Numbered from the stretch's first letter, positions 54,901-63,526 are shown. The stretch: 64,000 bases of DNA from Eubacteriales bacterium (GCA_045543015.1 JAZQLY010000031.1:1565-65564); one strand, 5' to 3'. Made by a program: numbers and translations. The notes: a model not told the origin generated them from the letters alone.

Positions 54901-57523
54901 CGGCTGTTACCGTCAGGGTACCGGTGGGGGCAACCGTATCCTCCTCGTGCCCCATAGCGGAGCATCCGGGGTAGGTACAGGTCAGCTTTGACGTGGTGGG
55001 ATTCCAGTCCAGCGTGTGGCAGAGCGCATCGTGGTATTCCACCACGTAGTTGGCATCTGCCCCTGCCTTGGCAAATACGGCACTACCGCACTTAACGTAA
55101 TGCCCCTCCTGCCACAGGGCAACGGAGGTGATCTCATCACCGGCGGCAAGACCGACGATATTCACCTGTCCCAGGCCCAGCAGCAGGCTTTCACCCGCAC
55201 GCAGGATCTGCTCCTTGGCGCTGATCCGCAGCTTTGCCTTTTGGATGACGTAGGTTCCGACCGTCTTTTCGCCGGCATAGTTACCGTGGCCGAAGATGCA
55301 AACGGTGATCCCGCTGCCCTCTGCCGCGTTGGTCAGATCGGTGGTGGCAACGGCACCGCGCAGATAGCTGACGGTGTAATCCACCCCTTCTACCAGGGGC
55401 GTGCCGTTTGCCGAGATAAGCAGTGTGGGCTTTTGCTCGCTGCCGTTATAGGTAAAGGCCGTACCGGACAGCGAAGCGCTGACCGTATTCAGAGAACGAG
55501 GCGAAATGGTGAAGTAGACGAACTCGCTACCGGAATAGTCACCGCCGGCCACGGCCTCCACGATCAGCTTTGCCTCATCCCCGGCAACGGTATTGTTCTC
55601 ATACGAGATCGTATACTGACCACGGTCAAGCGTGACGCCGTTCAGGGCGACGGTCACGTCTGTCGGCTCGATGGCCGAGCCGGTATACACAAAGCTACCG
55701 TTTACCGTGATGACCGCGCCGGAGAGCGAGGTCTTCTCGGTCTTGAACTGTGCCGTGTATGCAACGGTCGAAGCGTTGCCAAGCACGTCGGTCGCCGTCA
55801 AAGCATACCCGTACTCCGTGTTGGCGGAAAGGCCGCTCAGGCTGAAGCTGCCGTCAAGCGACGTAGCCGTCTGCTTGTTCAGCTCATCACCGATCTGCCA
55901 ATAGGAGATCTGATACTCACGGATACCGATCGCATCCCAGGCATCCACGCCGGTGATCGCAAAGGTGGTATCGGTCACGGTACCGGCGGTCATGCCGTCC
56001 ACACGCGGGCCTACCGTATCACGGCGGACCTCTACCGTCTTTTCAGCAATGTAGCCGGAGGCATTCTTTAAGTAATACACGAAATCGCCGTTCATATCCT
56101 CCGTAAGGACGATCGAATCGGCATATACGCCGTCAAGCGTTGCGCAAATGGTGTAACCGGCCGGGGCAGCAAAGGTCACGTCCCCCTTGTACCAAATCTC
56201 ACCCGCTACCGTCATGCTGTCACCGCTGATCTTGGCAGCATCTGCCGTATCCAGGTAGGCGATCTCAAAGGGGGCAACCAACGGATGCTCGGTCACGCCG
56301 TCCTCCTCGGTCACGGTAAGAAGCGCGCGATAGCTGCCAACGGCAGCCGGCTCACCGCAGCTTACCCAGCTGCTACCGTTCCAGCGCTCGTAGGTAACGG
56401 CAGAAACCGTTGCACCGGAAACGGTGGTATCCTGCACCGTTGCAAGCACGGACTGTGCGTTATAAACACCGTTGCCAACAGAGAGCGTTACGCTGCCGCC
56501 CATCAGGCCGGGCAAAGCGCAATTCAGACCGTCATCACGCGTACAGGTAACGGTCAGCTCGCTGCCCACCACGGTATAGAGCCAGGTGTGCATATGCTCG
56601 GTAAAGTGCAGCTCACCGTCTGCGCCCAGGCGGAGCTTGTAATCACCGTCATACCGGCTGGAGCCGGCAAAGAAATCAGCGAAGGAGTGACCGCCCATAT
56701 GCGTCCCCCATCCCTCGGTAAAGGTGCAGGGATAGGTAGCGTCATCTACGTAGACGGAAAGAAGATCATCATCACCATAGGTCAAGGGCGCTGTGATCTG
56801 TATCTTGGAGGTAGCAGCCAGCACGATATCGTCCCAACTTGCGCCACCGTGGATGACCGGCGCACCGGACAGGACAATGCTGCTGCTTGCGCCCTGCAGG
56901 CGGATGGCAACGTTGTACTCACTTTCAATGGTACCGCCCTGGATAACCAGGGTGCCATTGTTGATGATCGCCTCGCCAACGGTAGACGAGATAGAGCCGC
57001 CATAGATCACAACGCTTCCCGAGGTCTGGTTTTCAATACCCTTTTGGCCGATCAGCTTACCGCCGTAAACGGTAACGCTGCCGGTACCCTGGTTGCAAAC
57101 AGCAGCAAGGCCCTGCAGGGTGCCGCCGTAAACGTTGATATCGCCGCTGCTCTTATGGTAGGAATGCGGCCAGAACGGATAGTTGGCCGATACGATCTTA
57201 CCATGCTCACCGGCAGAGCAATCGCAAATATTGATCACCGCGCCGTCTGCCGGGCGGATGCTGTAATTGCCCATATCGAGCGTGTGGCCGTTCAGGCAGA
57301 GGTTCACCGTCCCCTTGACCGTGATAAAGCCGCTTGCCTGTACGTCGGCATCCAGATAATAATTGCCGCCCGAAAGCTCACCGCCGGTGGTCTCCCACTT
57401 CACGTCGTGCGCGGTGTGGAAGGGCTCTTCAGCTGCCGCATGCAGCAGCATGGGAACGGCAACCAAAGCCATGACCAGCACCAGCATCACAGGCAGCCAT
57501 ACGCGTTTGAATTGTTTTTTCAT
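51911..57523 (-). CDS. ~1870-aa cell-surface protein: signal peptide, beta-helix-like region, FN3/Ig and MBG-type domains, 68-aa helical repeats, Ig-like domain, C-terminal TM anchor
   Basis: ATG 57523 (track start 57559 is GTG); signal MKKQFKRVWLPVMLVLVMALVAVPMLLHAAA; repeated VYGG/IYGG beta-helix-like turns; MBG-like YTGSAIEP...YTISYENN and FTYNGSEQKP...YTVSY; C-terminal LWLIIVIIVLCLAGGGVAVYFV-KKERKK. Confidence 0.8.
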   Translation of the reverse strand: MKKQFKRVWLPVMLVLVMALVAVPMLLHAAAEEPFHTAHDVKWETTGGELSGGNYYLDADVQASGFITVKGTVNLCLNGHTLDMGNYSIRPADGAVINICDCSAGEHGKIVSANYPFWPHSYHKSSGDINVYGGTLQGLAAVCNQGTGSVTVYGGKLIGQKGIENQTSGSVVIYGGSISSTVGEAIINNGTLVIQGGTIESEYNVAIRLQGASSSIVLSGAPVIHGGASWDDIVLAATSKIQITAPLTYGDDDLLSVYVDDATYPCTFTEGWGTHMGGHSFADFFAGSSRYDGDYKLRLGADGELHFTEHMHTWLYTVVGSELTVTCTRDDGLNCALPGLMGGSVTLSVGNGVYNAQSVLATVQDTTVSGATVSAVTYERWNGSSWVSCGEPAAVGSYRALLTVTEEDGVTEHPLVAPFEIAYLDTADAAKISGDSMTVAGEIWYKGDVTFAAPAGYTICATLDGVYADSIVLTEDMNGDFVYYLKNASGYIAEKTVEVRRDTVGPRVDGMTAGTVTDTTFAITGVDAWDAIGIREYQISYWQIGDELNKQTATSLDGSFSLSGLSANTEYGYALTATDVLGNASTVAYTAQFKTEKTSLSGAVITVNGSFVYTGSAIEPTDVTVALNGVTLDRGQYTISYENNTVAGDEAKLIVEAVAGGDYSGSEFVYFTISPRSLNTVSASLSGTAFTYNGSEQKPTLLISANGTPLVEGVDYTVSYLRGAVATTDLTNAAEGSGITVCIFGHGNYAGEKTVGTYVIQKAKLRISAKEQILRAGESLLLGLGQVNIVGLAAGDEITSVALWQEGHYVKCGSAVFAKAGADANYVVEYHDALCHTLDWNPTTSKLTCTYPGCSAMGHEEDTVAPTGTLTVTAGRYMATTTGFHATVPFDRFTNASLTVTVNATDALSGLKNIEIYISDVARTQDELRSLYGWHAYTNGGVTIDAQNGKQVIVYIRLTDRAGNVAYLSFDHGITFDLSLPEVKGIVSGETYYVTQKFTLADLGSGISLKNVVGCPWSLVDLEEQNEAFVTLAGDRAAVYQFALYDAVGNAAVNGTEEGGAGFVIIMKPISTLADPIAHLTIHNVTGRDAATLRAVRAKVVGIDTTYATAGEKAALQDILTKCDQLLAKVQNVEELLVHIEDMLAGYDIDTVTSADRAAIALIADDITALEANNDLTPEQEAKIVPLREKAAALLQRIDEVAAAISHVKTEMAGYDIATVTKQDRAALQELLAATNGLLAGNNLTIIERSDLSSIRLSLIAMLDKIVDIEAEIQRIAEELAKYSKNTVKSSDKVDIEDIVLAIDDLLGSFGITTAERQSLADLRETALALLDKIASVADEIARLADETGKYHLDTVTSLEHSALQQLMMDFSAILNGDNLTADERNDVIAMRVLASTFLGRLDMIREETNRIAAAIDGYDPAKIGLADRKNVLQLIDDLDDLLSYPNHLEEERAALEALQERARALLTNIEENSNNHTAILDQLYAYEIDTVRTTDKADILRIRAEIEALLATDKLNARDRAALEEGLVYADELLAEIDRILAELTRLILAVARYDVTTVKSSDRAAIEQLIGEMDALIASDRLTNVEEESLQPAREKALALIARLDEAAAARNTENIQAAGQITLENLNLSDRETLEQAKQDMEKALADYDGNYTEEEKKAMRDEIARYDAVLLSIKRVETLQAALDSLPEVGKYNPNDSETNQLIEAIQTALGQLTDRERELVDTGRLDAILASLADYKIIAGNGASWLKGSDFSLSFQANGPYEKFTGVMIDGVMLSRENYHSFDRDTVVNLLPAYLETLEAGEHTITILYVEDEAEGTFTITVPSDNGNGGSYLWLIIVIIVLCLAGGGVAVYFVMKKERKKDENE
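52307..54259 (-). repeat. nine to ten alpha-helical modules, six of exactly 68 aa (FIVAR-like, unverified)
   Basis: Units begin [DEHS]xxTV[TK]xxD[RK] and end ...[GKAR]Y; unit boundaries fall every 204 nt from 52859 to 54082. Confidence 0.7.
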
Positions 57524-57634
57524 CTTCTGTTTCCTTTCTTTCTCCTTGGTTTTCCGCACGGTCGGCCGCCCCCTCCGGCAGCGCGCAATGCAAGAAAAAG
57601 CACCCGCTCAAAAAACCTATATATTATACTTCAA

Positions 57635-57663
57635 ATTATATCATACAATGAAAAAAAAAGCAA
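57635..57663 (-). promoter_or_regulatory. candidate promoter of the large surface-protein gene
   Basis: TTGCTT - 17 nt - TGaTATAAT on minus strand. Confidence 0.4.
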
Positions 57664-57719
57664 CAGGCCGACAGCGGAATTTCAAAAAAAATATCGACAA
57701 AAATGTAAATTTACTTACA

Positions 57720-57753
57720 AAGCCCTGGCAAGCAAATTTGCTTGCCAGGGCTT
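57720..57753 (-). terminator. terminator after sORF-1
   Basis: AAGCCCTGGCAAGCA-aat-TTGCTTGCCAGGGCTT, weak U-tract. Confidence 0.6.
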
Positions 57754-57759
57754 TCTCAA

Positions 57760-57900
57760 TTAAATATCAGAAATGTTGTCTACCACCATATTATCGTTTT
57801 CCACGTAATCCTTATCCGTCTCATTCTCATCCGAGGCCATCAAAAGATCGCCCTCGCAAAAGGAGATGACGGCCCATGCGGGCATTTCATATTTCTTCAT
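57760..57900 (-). CDS. unannotated 46-aa acidic small protein (sORF-1)
   Basis: MKKYEMPAWAVISFCEGDLLMASDENETDKDYVENDNMVVDNISDI; RBS GGGGAG; ATG 12 nt after the stop of the upstream secreted-protein gene; paralog at 60587-60727 differs mostly by synonymous changes. Confidence 0.7.
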   Translation of the reverse strand: MKKYEMPAWAVISFCEGDLLMASDENETDKDYVENDNMVVDNISDI

Positions 57901-57912
57901 CCCTGCTCCCCT

Positions 57913-60411
57913 TTATGCCAGGTAGGCTTCCAGCGCACGGCTCACATGCACGAGCGCGTTCAAGGTATGATACATGCCCTCGCCGCAGGTCATGCTGACG
58001 CGGGAAACGTAGGACTCCAGGCTGTAGGTCAACGTTGCACCGGGCACGTTATCTATCACAGCACGCACATAATAGGTCTTATCCAGGTCTGCCAGATCCA
58101 AGGATACCGCCGCCTTTTGCTGGCCAGGCTCCTTGGTGGGCTGCATATCGACCTTCTGCGACGTGGCAAAGGTCGGATCCTCCGAAAATTCAAGAACGTA
58201 TGCCGTAGCCCCTTCTACCTCGTCTGTCACAAACTTGAAGGCAAGCTGATTGTTCAGCAGCAGGCTGGCACCGGTGATCGGATTTTCCCCCTCGCCCTGG
58301 GCGTATACGTCATTCAGCACGCTATCCAGTGAGCCGGGATACAGCATGGGATCCAGATTGGCATTGGCCATATTACCCACGTTATAGGCAAATTCAGACT
58401 GCACGTTTGCACCGTAGGTCAACAGGGCGGCCAAAACCTTATCCAGCTTGGCACTTCTGCCAAACGCACGGTCTGCATACATCTGAATGCTGAACGGAAC
58501 AACATCGCCGTAAACAGCCTGGTCTACATCGTCTACATACGAGAAGGGACGAACGTAGATCACATTGGCCATCTGCTTGGCGGTCAGCCCCTCGTAGGTG
58601 AATTTGTAAAGGTTGCGGGTCTCATCATAGCTGCCCTCCAGGATCGTACCGCCATTCATCAGCATAGCATCACTGGGCTTTACCGTCCAGTACTCAAGAC
58701 CAGCAACAGCCCCCTCACGCGAGGCAATGATCTCAACGTAGAAGTTCAGATCCAGGTCGGTACCGATATCAATATCGGCACTGACGGCAACCGGCGTTTC
58801 CTCCAAGGTCTCGTATACCACGGTGGGGTGAATGTGCGCCATCCAGTTGTTGGCATTTGCCTGCTGGGTACGGAAGGAGATCACGTCTCCCTTCTCTACC
58901 GTCAGATCCAGGGGGAAGCCGGCGGCACGAACGATGTCCAGCGCTTCATAGTCGCAGGTCCCCTCCGTATACACATCCGGGCTCTTCACGCGGAACATAT
59001 CAGCATCGGCAGGCCAGATCTTTTCGCCGTTCTTGTAAACGGCAAAGTTATACGCAATATAGTCCGCAGCCGGTGCCTGCTGGCGGCGGCAGGTCAGCTT
59101 TTCAAGATCAAACAGCAGGCTGCCGCTATACGGTGCGGTATAGTTGATCTCGTTCATGTACGGATCGGACTCTGTGCAGGCGGAGAAGGCGATCATACCC
59201 GTATGGGTGTAAAGACCGCCACCCTGCTTGGACCATACGTTAGGGCCCGTGGTAATAATGCCGTAGCTATCCGCCGGGGAGGCAAAGGGGACGAAGGCAC
59301 CGATCGAGCTATCGTACACACCAACCTGCCAGTTGTTGCGGAATACAGGGTTGTTCTCTGCATCCAGGGTAGGAATGCTTTCAAAAAACTTGGATACACC
59401 AATGGTAACAGCATCAGCAAATACCACGTCTGCATCAAAAGCTGCAAGCGAGACGGTCGCACCGGCCTGTGCATCACCTACGCCATCCCCATCCATATCC
59501 CAGCCGCGGAACACGCCATCGCCCTGGTAAACAGGCAGAACGGCGATCTGCCCATCTGCCGCGATCACGTCGATCACCACGCCGTTTTCACGGATGGCCA
59601 GATACTTCTGCTCAGGGCCTACGGCAACCTTACCGGTGATCTTGGGCATGGCGGTTGCCTCTGCGTGCACCGTGCTATCGCCCTTATATGACCAACGGTA
59701 GCAGATCTCAACGCGGTCATTCTTGGTCACTCTCGCCCTCATAGAAGAAAGCGCCTCGTTCAACGCCTCCTGCGTGGTATCCGGCGTTACCAGGTACCAA
59801 TTCACATCTCCCTCAAAGGCAGACCACGCAGAAATATTGGAATACTGATAAGAGCCACCGTACTTCGGCCAGACCATCTGTTCATTGACCATCACGCACA
59901 TAAAATACTCGTGATGCTCGTCAACAGGGGCGGCATAATTGTCGATCTCTACCGCAATATCAAACTCGCCCTCTTCCTTCACGGTATACAGGTAGTTGGT
60001 AATACCCTGGGGGTTGGAGAAGCCCATAGTATAGGTCTCCAGATTCATCGCGCCGGAGCCGGGCAAGGAGCCCCACCACCACTGCGAATAGCCGTATTGC
60101 GTGATCTCCCCGTGACCGTTTACGGCAAGAGCCCAAAGCCCCTCGGAGTCCTCCCCCTTGACGCGGGGGTTGATGTACTCTAACACGGAAGGCGCATACT
60201 TTTCGTCTAAGATCGTTGCCTTCCAAGCGCCGGTATAGGAAACGCGTTCCGCCTCCAGATCATAGGTGATCTTACCGGCCTGTGCCTCCTCCCAGAACGA
60301 GGAGGTAAATACAACCTCCCCCTCCTCGGCGCCGGCTGACAAAAGCAGCGCGGGAAGCAGGGTAAGGACCATCACACATGCAAGAAGCAGGCTGAGGATT
60401 CTTTTTTTCAT
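57913..60411 (-). CDS. large secreted protein, paralog 1 (832 aa), unknown function
   Basis: ATG 60411 with RBS AAGGAGAA; signal MKKRILSLLLACVMVLTLLPALLLSAGA; same domain order as 60743-63445; Listeria-Bacteroides-repeat-like FRGWDMDGDG segment. Confidence 0.8.
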   Translation of the reverse strand: MKKRILSLLLACVMVLTLLPALLLSAGAEEGEVVFTSSFWEEAQAGKITYDLEAERVSYTGAWKATILDEKYAPSVLEYINPRVKGEDSEGLWALAVNGHGEITQYGYSQWWWGSLPGSGAMNLETYTMGFSNPQGITNYLYTVKEEGEFDIAVEIDNYAAPVDEHHEYFMCVMVNEQMVWPKYGGSYQYSNISAWSAFEGDVNWYLVTPDTTQEALNEALSSMRARVTKNDRVEICYRWSYKGDSTVHAEATAMPKITGKVAVGPEQKYLAIRENGVVIDVIAADGQIAVLPVYQGDGVFRGWDMDGDGVGDAQAGATVSLAAFDADVVFADAVTIGVSKFFESIPTLDAENNPVFRNNWQVGVYDSSIGAFVPFASPADSYGIITTGPNVWSKQGGGLYTHTGMIAFSACTESDPYMNEINYTAPYSGSLLFDLEKLTCRRQQAPAADYIAYNFAVYKNGEKIWPADADMFRVKSPDVYTEGTCDYEALDIVRAAGFPLDLTVEKGDVISFRTQQANANNWMAHIHPTVVYETLEETPVAVSADIDIGTDLDLNFYVEIIASREGAVAGLEYWTVKPSDAMLMNGGTILEGSYDETRNLYKFTYEGLTAKQMANVIYVRPFSYVDDVDQAVYGDVVPFSIQMYADRAFGRSAKLDKVLAALLTYGANVQSEFAYNVGNMANANLDPMLYPGSLDSVLNDVYAQGEGENPITGASLLLNNQLAFKFVTDEVEGATAYVLEFSEDPTFATSQKVDMQPTKEPGQQKAAVSLDLADLDKTYYVRAVIDNVPGATLTYSLESYVSRVSMTCGEGMYHTLNALVHVSRALEAYLA

Positions 60412-60461
60412 AACGATTTTCTCCTTTTTGTTAATAACCGACATTTTATACCGGCATTAAT

Positions 60462-60490
60462 AGCATACCATATTTCCCGCCGCAAGTCAA
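60462..60490 (-). promoter_or_regulatory. promoter of paralog 1
   Basis: TTGACT - 17 nt - TGgTATGCT on minus strand. Confidence 0.55.
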
Positions 60491-60541
60491 TTCGCATTTT
60501 TTACAGAATTTTTACGGGTTTTTTAGTTATTCTGCACAACG

Positions 60542-60579
60542 AAAAAAGAGCCAAGCGGCAAGCCGCTTGGCTCTTTTTT
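60542..60579. terminator. terminator after sORF-2
   Basis: A6-GAGCCAAGCGG-caag-CCGCTTGGCTC-T6. Confidence 0.9.
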
Positions 60580-60586
60580 CGTGAGA

Positions 60587-60727
60587 TCAGATATTAGCGA
60601 TATTGTCAACTACGAGATTATCGTTCTCAACGTAATCCTTATCCGTCTCGTTTTCATCGGATGCCATCAGAACATCCGTGCATGCGAATGCGGCAAGTGC
60701 CCATTCGGGTCTCTCATACTTTTTCAT
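60587..60727 (-). CDS. unannotated 46-aa acidic small protein (sORF-2)
   Basis: MKKYERPEWALAAFACTDVLMASDENETDKDYVENDNLVVDNIANI; RBS AAAGGGG 7 nt upstream; ATG 15 nt after the stop of paralog 2. Confidence 0.7.
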   Translation of the reverse strand: MKKYERPEWALAAFACTDVLMASDENETDKDYVENDNLVVDNIANI

Positions 60728-60742
60728 ATTCATACCCCTTTC

Positions 60743-63445
60743 TTAAGCCATATATGCTGCAAGCTTCTGGCCAAAGCATGCAAGGGACATCGCTGCAAGA
60801 TACAAACCGTCGTTGGAGGTAACATCGCTGATGCGGAGCACGTAGGACTCAACGCTGTAGGTCAGCGTAGCGCCGGCCTCGTCGTCTACAACAGGACGAA
60901 CGTAGAATACATCCTGCAGCTCAGCAAACTTGATGTTGTAGATACCCTTCATCTGTACGCCGCCGTCACCCTTGGTCTCAACCATGGCGATCTTGGTGGA
61001 CTCGCTGAAGTCTGCATTCTTGGAGTACTCCAGCTCATAGGTGGTAGCACCCTCAACCAGGTTCATAACGTACTTCATACCGATATCGGTACCCATCAGC
61101 AGGGCTACGTCATTGATACGAACCTCGCCCTCCTCGTGAGCGTAGGAATCAACGATCGCACCGAGGTCTGCCTTCACATCGGTCAGCTCGGGAGCCAGGG
61201 TCTCGATATTTGCATTTGCCAGATTAGTAGTATTGTGGAAGAAGAGCGACTGTGCATCTGCACCGTAGTTGAGCATAGCAACCAGCAGCTCATCCAGCTT
61301 CTTGTTCTTACCCAGAGCAGCCTCTGCATACTTCTGGATGCTGACCTCGGTCACCTCACCATACTGACCGCCAGTGGTCTCGTTTACGGTGTAAGGACGA
61401 ACGTAGATCACGTCTGCCATGTTCTTGGCAGCAAGGCCCTCATAGGCGAACTTATACATGCCGTTTACTTCCTCAGCCAGCTCGAGCTGCTTACCGCCGT
61501 TCTGCAGGGCGATGGCGCTCGGCTTAGAGGTCCAGTACTCCAGAGCAGGGGTAGAACCCTCTTCCTTACCCAGAATGCTGGTGAAGATGTTCAGCGTGAA
61601 GTCCTCTTCGATATCAACCGAGGTAGAGGAGACAACAGGGGTCTCAGCCAGCTCGGTAAAGGTAACGGTAGGACGGATGTAGAATGCCCAGTTGTAGGGA
61701 GTACCGCGCACGGTACGAATATCAACGACCGAACCGATGGCAACATCCTCCAGCGTGACCGGGAAGGGCCAGGTGCCGTCTGCCATCATCTCCGAACGGA
61801 AGTCGCACTTAATCTTGCGCTCCTCGTAGATACCGCCGTTCTCGGCGTCAGCCATTACCTTGGAGCTGTCGAACCAGTAATACTCCTTGCCGTCAGCAGG
61901 CCATACCTTCACGCCGTCAACGTAGATGGCAAAGCCGGCAATGATCGCGCTGGGAGTTGCATCCTCGGTCTCGTTCAGCTCACGGCCGATGGAAAGCTGG
62001 TCAAAGTCTACCTGAGCAGTACCGTTGTAGGTAGCGGTGTACTGCAGGGAGGCAACGTAGTTACCCTCTGCCTTCTCACCAACGTAGCCACCCTCGTAAT
62101 CCAGGGTACCGGTCATAGCAAACAGCCCCTCACCCTCACGCGCGGTGGAATACAGGCTGGGTGCGCCTGCGTCCCAAGGACCGGAGCCGGAAATGGAAAC
62201 GAAGGGATCGAAATAATACTGTACAGGCAGGAACTCGCCGGTGGTCTTATCCCATGCGCCGAACACCCAGTCGCCCTGGTGAACGACCTGCTTGTTGTTG
62301 ACATCCCAGTAAGGACGCTGATCATAGAACTTGGAGGGCTTGAGGATCAGTGCGTTCAGCGTAATGGAATCCTCACCCACGGTAATGGTAGCGCCGTCTG
62401 CATAATCAGCAGAGCCGTCGCCGTCTGCATCCCAACCGAAGAAGATGTTGTCACCCTCGTAGGTAGGAATGGTAAACTCGGTATTGGGCTTAACCTTGTA
62501 GGAACCGGTGTTGGGGCCGTCCGGATCTGCGATGGAAACGTAGATCGGTGCGCCCTCCAGGCGCATCAGAACAGGCGCCCACTCCAGTGCGTCGCCAGAC
62601 TTGCCGACGACGAAGGAGATCTTATCACCTGCTTCAACCTTTACGTTGAAGGAAAGCAGCGAACTATTGACTGTGTCGGCAGACATCCCCTTCGTGGTTT
62701 GATACCAGCTGTTATTGTTCTTCTTGTCGGCACCGATAGGCCATACGAGCTGATCGTTTACGAAAATAGCGATTGCGTGGCCGTTGGCCTCGCTATCAGA
62801 GAAAGCGTTCATCTTCGCACCGTAGGTGCCGGCATCGGCAACGGTGTACTGAATAGCGGAATAGAAGCCCGAACCGGAGGTGGTGATACGGCCAAAGGCC
62901 AGATCTTTCGGTTTATTACCATCAATTCCGTTTGCACCGAGGTAATTGCCACCTGCATGCAGGTGCCAGATGCCGTTACCGTTCCAGACGGAACCGCCGT
63001 TGGGCGAACCGGACTCAACGTAGTTACGGGTCAGACGCTCGTAAACCGACTCGGTTACGACCCAGTTCATATCGTGTCTGCCTGCAGCGCTGTCGCCGGT
63101 ACCGAAGGCAAGGCGGGTATAGAGATCGATCGCGCCGGTAGCAACGTCAAATTCGCCGACCTTCCAATTGCTCTCGCCCTGGTTTACGGCAAATACGCCG
63201 TCGCTGAGCAGCCACTCAAGGTACTCTTCATCCGTACCAAAGGGCTCCACGCCCTCTGCAAGCGGCTGATTCTTGTAAAGCTCGGAAATCGTGTAGGATA
63301 CGCCGGGGCCAAATTCTTCGATAAAGTTGTACTCTTGCAGTACGTTTACTTCATCGTCTCCCTCTGCAAATACAGGCAGCACCAGCATCGGAACAGCAGT
63401 GATGAGCATGCAAAGCACAAGGAAAAAGCTGAGGATCTTTTTCAT
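60743..63445 (-). CDS. large secreted protein, paralog 2 (900 aa), unknown function
   Basis: ATG 63445; signal MKKILSFFLVLCMLITAVPMLVLPVFA; colinear with paralog 1, incl. FFGWDADGDG segment and C-terminal LTYSVESYV motif. Confidence 0.8.
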   Translation of the reverse strand: MKKILSFFLVLCMLITAVPMLVLPVFAEGDDEVNVLQEYNFIEEFGPGVSYTISELYKNQPLAEGVEPFGTDEEYLEWLLSDGVFAVNQGESNWKVGEFDVATGAIDLYTRLAFGTGDSAAGRHDMNWVVTESVYERLTRNYVESGSPNGGSVWNGNGIWHLHAGGNYLGANGIDGNKPKDLAFGRITTSGSGFYSAIQYTVADAGTYGAKMNAFSDSEANGHAIAIFVNDQLVWPIGADKKNNNSWYQTTKGMSADTVNSSLLSFNVKVEAGDKISFVVGKSGDALEWAPVLMRLEGAPIYVSIADPDGPNTGSYKVKPNTEFTIPTYEGDNIFFGWDADGDGSADYADGATITVGEDSITLNALILKPSKFYDQRPYWDVNNKQVVHQGDWVFGAWDKTTGEFLPVQYYFDPFVSISGSGPWDAGAPSLYSTAREGEGLFAMTGTLDYEGGYVGEKAEGNYVASLQYTATYNGTAQVDFDQLSIGRELNETEDATPSAIIAGFAIYVDGVKVWPADGKEYYWFDSSKVMADAENGGIYEERKIKCDFRSEMMADGTWPFPVTLEDVAIGSVVDIRTVRGTPYNWAFYIRPTVTFTELAETPVVSSTSVDIEEDFTLNIFTSILGKEEGSTPALEYWTSKPSAIALQNGGKQLELAEEVNGMYKFAYEGLAAKNMADVIYVRPYTVNETTGGQYGEVTEVSIQKYAEAALGKNKKLDELLVAMLNYGADAQSLFFHNTTNLANANIETLAPELTDVKADLGAIVDSYAHEEGEVRINDVALLMGTDIGMKYVMNLVEGATTYELEYSKNADFSESTKIAMVETKGDGGVQMKGIYNIKFAELQDVFYVRPVVDDEAGATLTYSVESYVLRISDVTSNDGLYLAAMSLACFGQKLAAYMA

Positions 63446-63497
63446 GTTTTTGGATTCCTTCCTAAAAATTTTGCAGATTAAAAACCTTACTGCCAAT

Positions 63498-63526
63498 ATT
63501 GTAGCACTACCGAGCAAAAAAGTCAA
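63498..63526 (-). promoter_or_regulatory. promoter of paralog 2
   Basis: TTGACT - 17 nt - TGcTACAAT on minus strand. Confidence 0.55.

Noticed and set aside
57760-57900. sORFs read as AgrD-like autoinducer or RiPP precursor peptides. The grounds were the ~46-aa length, an internal Cys and an acidic C-terminal tail.
   Set aside because: No agrB, radical-SAM, lanthipeptide or other maturase gene, and no transporter gene, lies nearby. There is no amphipathic N-terminal helix or conserved Pro in the tail. The Cys position is not conserved between the two copies, while the tail is.
57760-63445. The large secreted protein plus small downstream gene read as a polymorphic toxin-immunity pair.
   Set aside because: In such systems the toxin tip and the immunity protein co-vary. 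Here the small proteins are the most conserved part of the duplicated unit. The large proteins show no recognisable toxin domain or pre-toxin motif. The third paralog has no small partner.
60581-63481. 966-aa ORF on the plus strand. Similar very long ORFs occur at 52391-54991(+), 55016-56071(+), 56285-57763(+) and 58828-59691(+).
   Set aside because: These are antisense shadows of the minus-strand surface-protein genes. Their translations are low-complexity (V/G/R/L/H-rich), and they have no RBS, promoter or signal peptide. The minus-strand frames have all of these plus paralogy.
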